In this document: positions 12,598 through 14,452 of the stretch, piece after piece
Layout of the letters: every line of letters starts with the position of its first letter
Numbering within the stretch: the first letter of the stretch is position 1
Origin: Zygophlyctis sp. KS116
Taxonomy: Eukaryota; Fungi; Chytridiomycota
Assembly: GCA_054661495.1 (NCBI GenBank)
Contig: BAAFSQ010000248.1
Location: 1 to 14,452, forward strand
DNA length: 14,452 nt
Reading direction: 5' to 3'
Notes under the pieces: generated by a model
Seen by the model: only the letters and a program-made list of their open reading frames with translations
Told to the model about the DNA's origin: nothing
Databases searched by the model: none
Position numbers and translations under genes: made by a program

Positions 12598-13152
12598 ATG
12601 CAAAATCCTAGCGATCAGACCACTGTAAAGCATTTAGATCGATTTAGATTCAATTTAAAAAATGAGACTCATTCCTTGCTAGATAAATTGTCTAAAAAGG
12701 AAACGATCAACGATCAAAGTCTTTCAGAGTTTGTAGCTGATAAATCTGTCATTCAATTATCTGAACGGATGAGCGAGACTAACAAGAAAGTAGCAGATCT
12801 ACATGAAGTAATTTATTTTGTTTGCTTATAATAGTCTGTGAATGCATTGCTCTTACAGCAGATAGATCTGCAAAAGCAACTTATCCAGCAAATAGCCAAG
12901 AATTCAACTATGCTTGAAAGAGTTCTTATGCTAAATACAGTTTCACCCCTTGATACTCCTATTTCTCAGCCAGTTGCATCGCAAAACACATCGGAGGATC
13001 CTCAAGTACTGAATGATGCTTATGAACGCCAAAATGATCTAAAATTGACAAAGGATACGTCAAGGCTCACATTTAGAAAGAGATCAAGAGGTAATATTAA
13101 AAAGGAGAAAATTAAAAAGGAATCTGATTTTTTCAATGATTTCTTAATATAA
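12598..13152 (+). CDS. Hypothetical coiled-coil protein, about 175 aa; intron 12808..12834
   Basis: A 27-nt gtaatt...aatag intron containing stops joins two in-frame ORFs; heptad-like segment VADLHE|SVNALLLQQIDLQKQLIQQIAKN. Confidence 0.65.
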
Positions 13153-13155
13153 TTA

Positions 13156-14452
13156 TTACTTCTTTCCCATTTTGTGACTCTTTTTTGGTGGTAAAAAAGC
13201 TGATCCCCGTATTTCAGATCCTTCATAAGATGGTGGCACTCTACAAAAGTCTTGAGATGCAAATTTACCAACTGTTTTAGCAACAGGTACATTACGGGTG
13301 AAAAATTCTGCATCAATAGAGTCTACATAAACATGTTTGGTTTTTTCTTCAACTTCAGCTATCTTAGATGACTGATCAATTGCTTCTTTAATCTTTTTGC
13401 GAATATAATTTTCATTGCTGTATAGTTCATTATTGAAATCCGATCCACTCATATCTAGTCCAGGAGGAGTATGTACAAAAATTAGTTTTCCCTAAAATTA
13501 AGGCTCAAATTCTTACGCTAACATAATCCTTTAATATATGACGAGATGCTCGGGCTTCATCTGGATTTCCTTGTCCTGATTTTGTAAATCCCCTTGATTT
13601 GGCATATGCAACAAGAAGCTCTTCTGCAGTAGGCTGTCTTCCATTTTCAAAACTACCATCCACAGCATTCAGAGGTAAAATTTCGATTCCATAAATAGCT
13701 TCTAAAATAATCTTTGGTATTCTTTGAGCGACCAATGAACTTGGACCAACGTACTCTCGTAGCTGATCAATGGGCAAAATTCCATTAACAACCATTTCAG
13801 CCTTGGTAGCTACAAAAGACGGAAACACCAATCCAGGACAATCACATAAAATTATTTTATCATTTAAATGAATGGTTTGAAAATGCTTTGTTTTACCAGG
13901 GGTTGAGCCTCTAAAAATATTAGTTAAGATATCTTACACTTTGACTTTATGTGCACCAATTACAGCATTCAGGGTTGAAGATTTTCCAACATTTGGATAT
14001 CCCACAAACCCAATATTCACCTTTCCAGACTTATCCAAACTTTTACAGGAATCCAGTGCTATTTTTTGTAAATAATCCATTAATTCTATTGCTCCCCAGA
14101 CTCTTATACTTTCATCCACTTGCTGGGATTTTTCGGATTCCAAATAAGTTGTTTCGACATTTCCTTTTACTTAGACTAAAATTTTTTTACCTGTAAATTC
14201 GTCTTCTAGTAACTCCATTTGGCACCAGGCAGCTGAGAAAAATATGAAATCTATTCCTTGTTCCTTGAAATACTTTCCCCAAGCTTTTCTCTGATCAAAA
14301 GAGAGTAAATCTGCTTTATTTATCAACAGCATATGCTTCTTAGATGAAGATGCAATATATTCCAAAAGATCAGAGCACATGAAAAGATTTGGATTTCTAG
14401 CATCAACAATTTCCACCAACAGTGCTGATCTTTCTATAGTTCTCCATAATTG
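13156..14452 (-). CDS. LSG1: Large-subunit GTPase 1 (circularly permuted GTPase), 5'-truncated; introns 14164..14190, 13911..13937, 13492..13516
   Basis: QLWRTIERS..VEIVDARNP, G4 INKADLL, G1 GYPNVGKSS, G2 GSTPGKTKHFQT, G3 CDCPGLVFP, NGILPIDQLR, and ILKDYVS|GKL. Confidence 0.96.

Noticed and set aside
13124-13159. Extra terminal LSG1 intron starting at gtaata
   Set aside because: Splicing would give an implausible hydrophobic tail antisense to the neighbouring CDS; the basic KKSHKMGKK end followed by tandem TAA TAA is adequate.

Overview
AT-rich, very compact eukaryotic DNA, most likely an early-diverging (chytrid-like) fungus; the taxonomy is inferred. The fragmented ORF track is explained by 30 tiny GT-AG introns of 24-32 nt that I traced by hand. 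After splicing, the window holds 10 genes: the 3' end of an HMG-box protein (+), a small secreted 12-Cys protein (+), phytochelatin synthase (+), SGD1/NOM1 (-), a Coa1-like gene absent from the ORF track (-), SMC3 with 16 introns (+), an apparently intronless 724-aa protein with a degenerate HicA-like C-terminus (+), a conserved fungal secreted protein (-), a small coiled-coil protein (+) and the 3' part of LSG1 (-). Main points of interest: (i) a miniaturised splicing system with weak donors, frequent AAG acceptors, no polypyrimidine tract, apparent ruler-like 3' splice-site choice, and a stop codon in every 3n intron; (ii) a COA1-like/SGD1 tandem with only 12 nt between stop and start, plus an unresolved TAA-ATG break inside SGD1; (iii) the HicA-like protein; (iv) 60-95 nt bidirectional promoters, one with an E2F consensus site.
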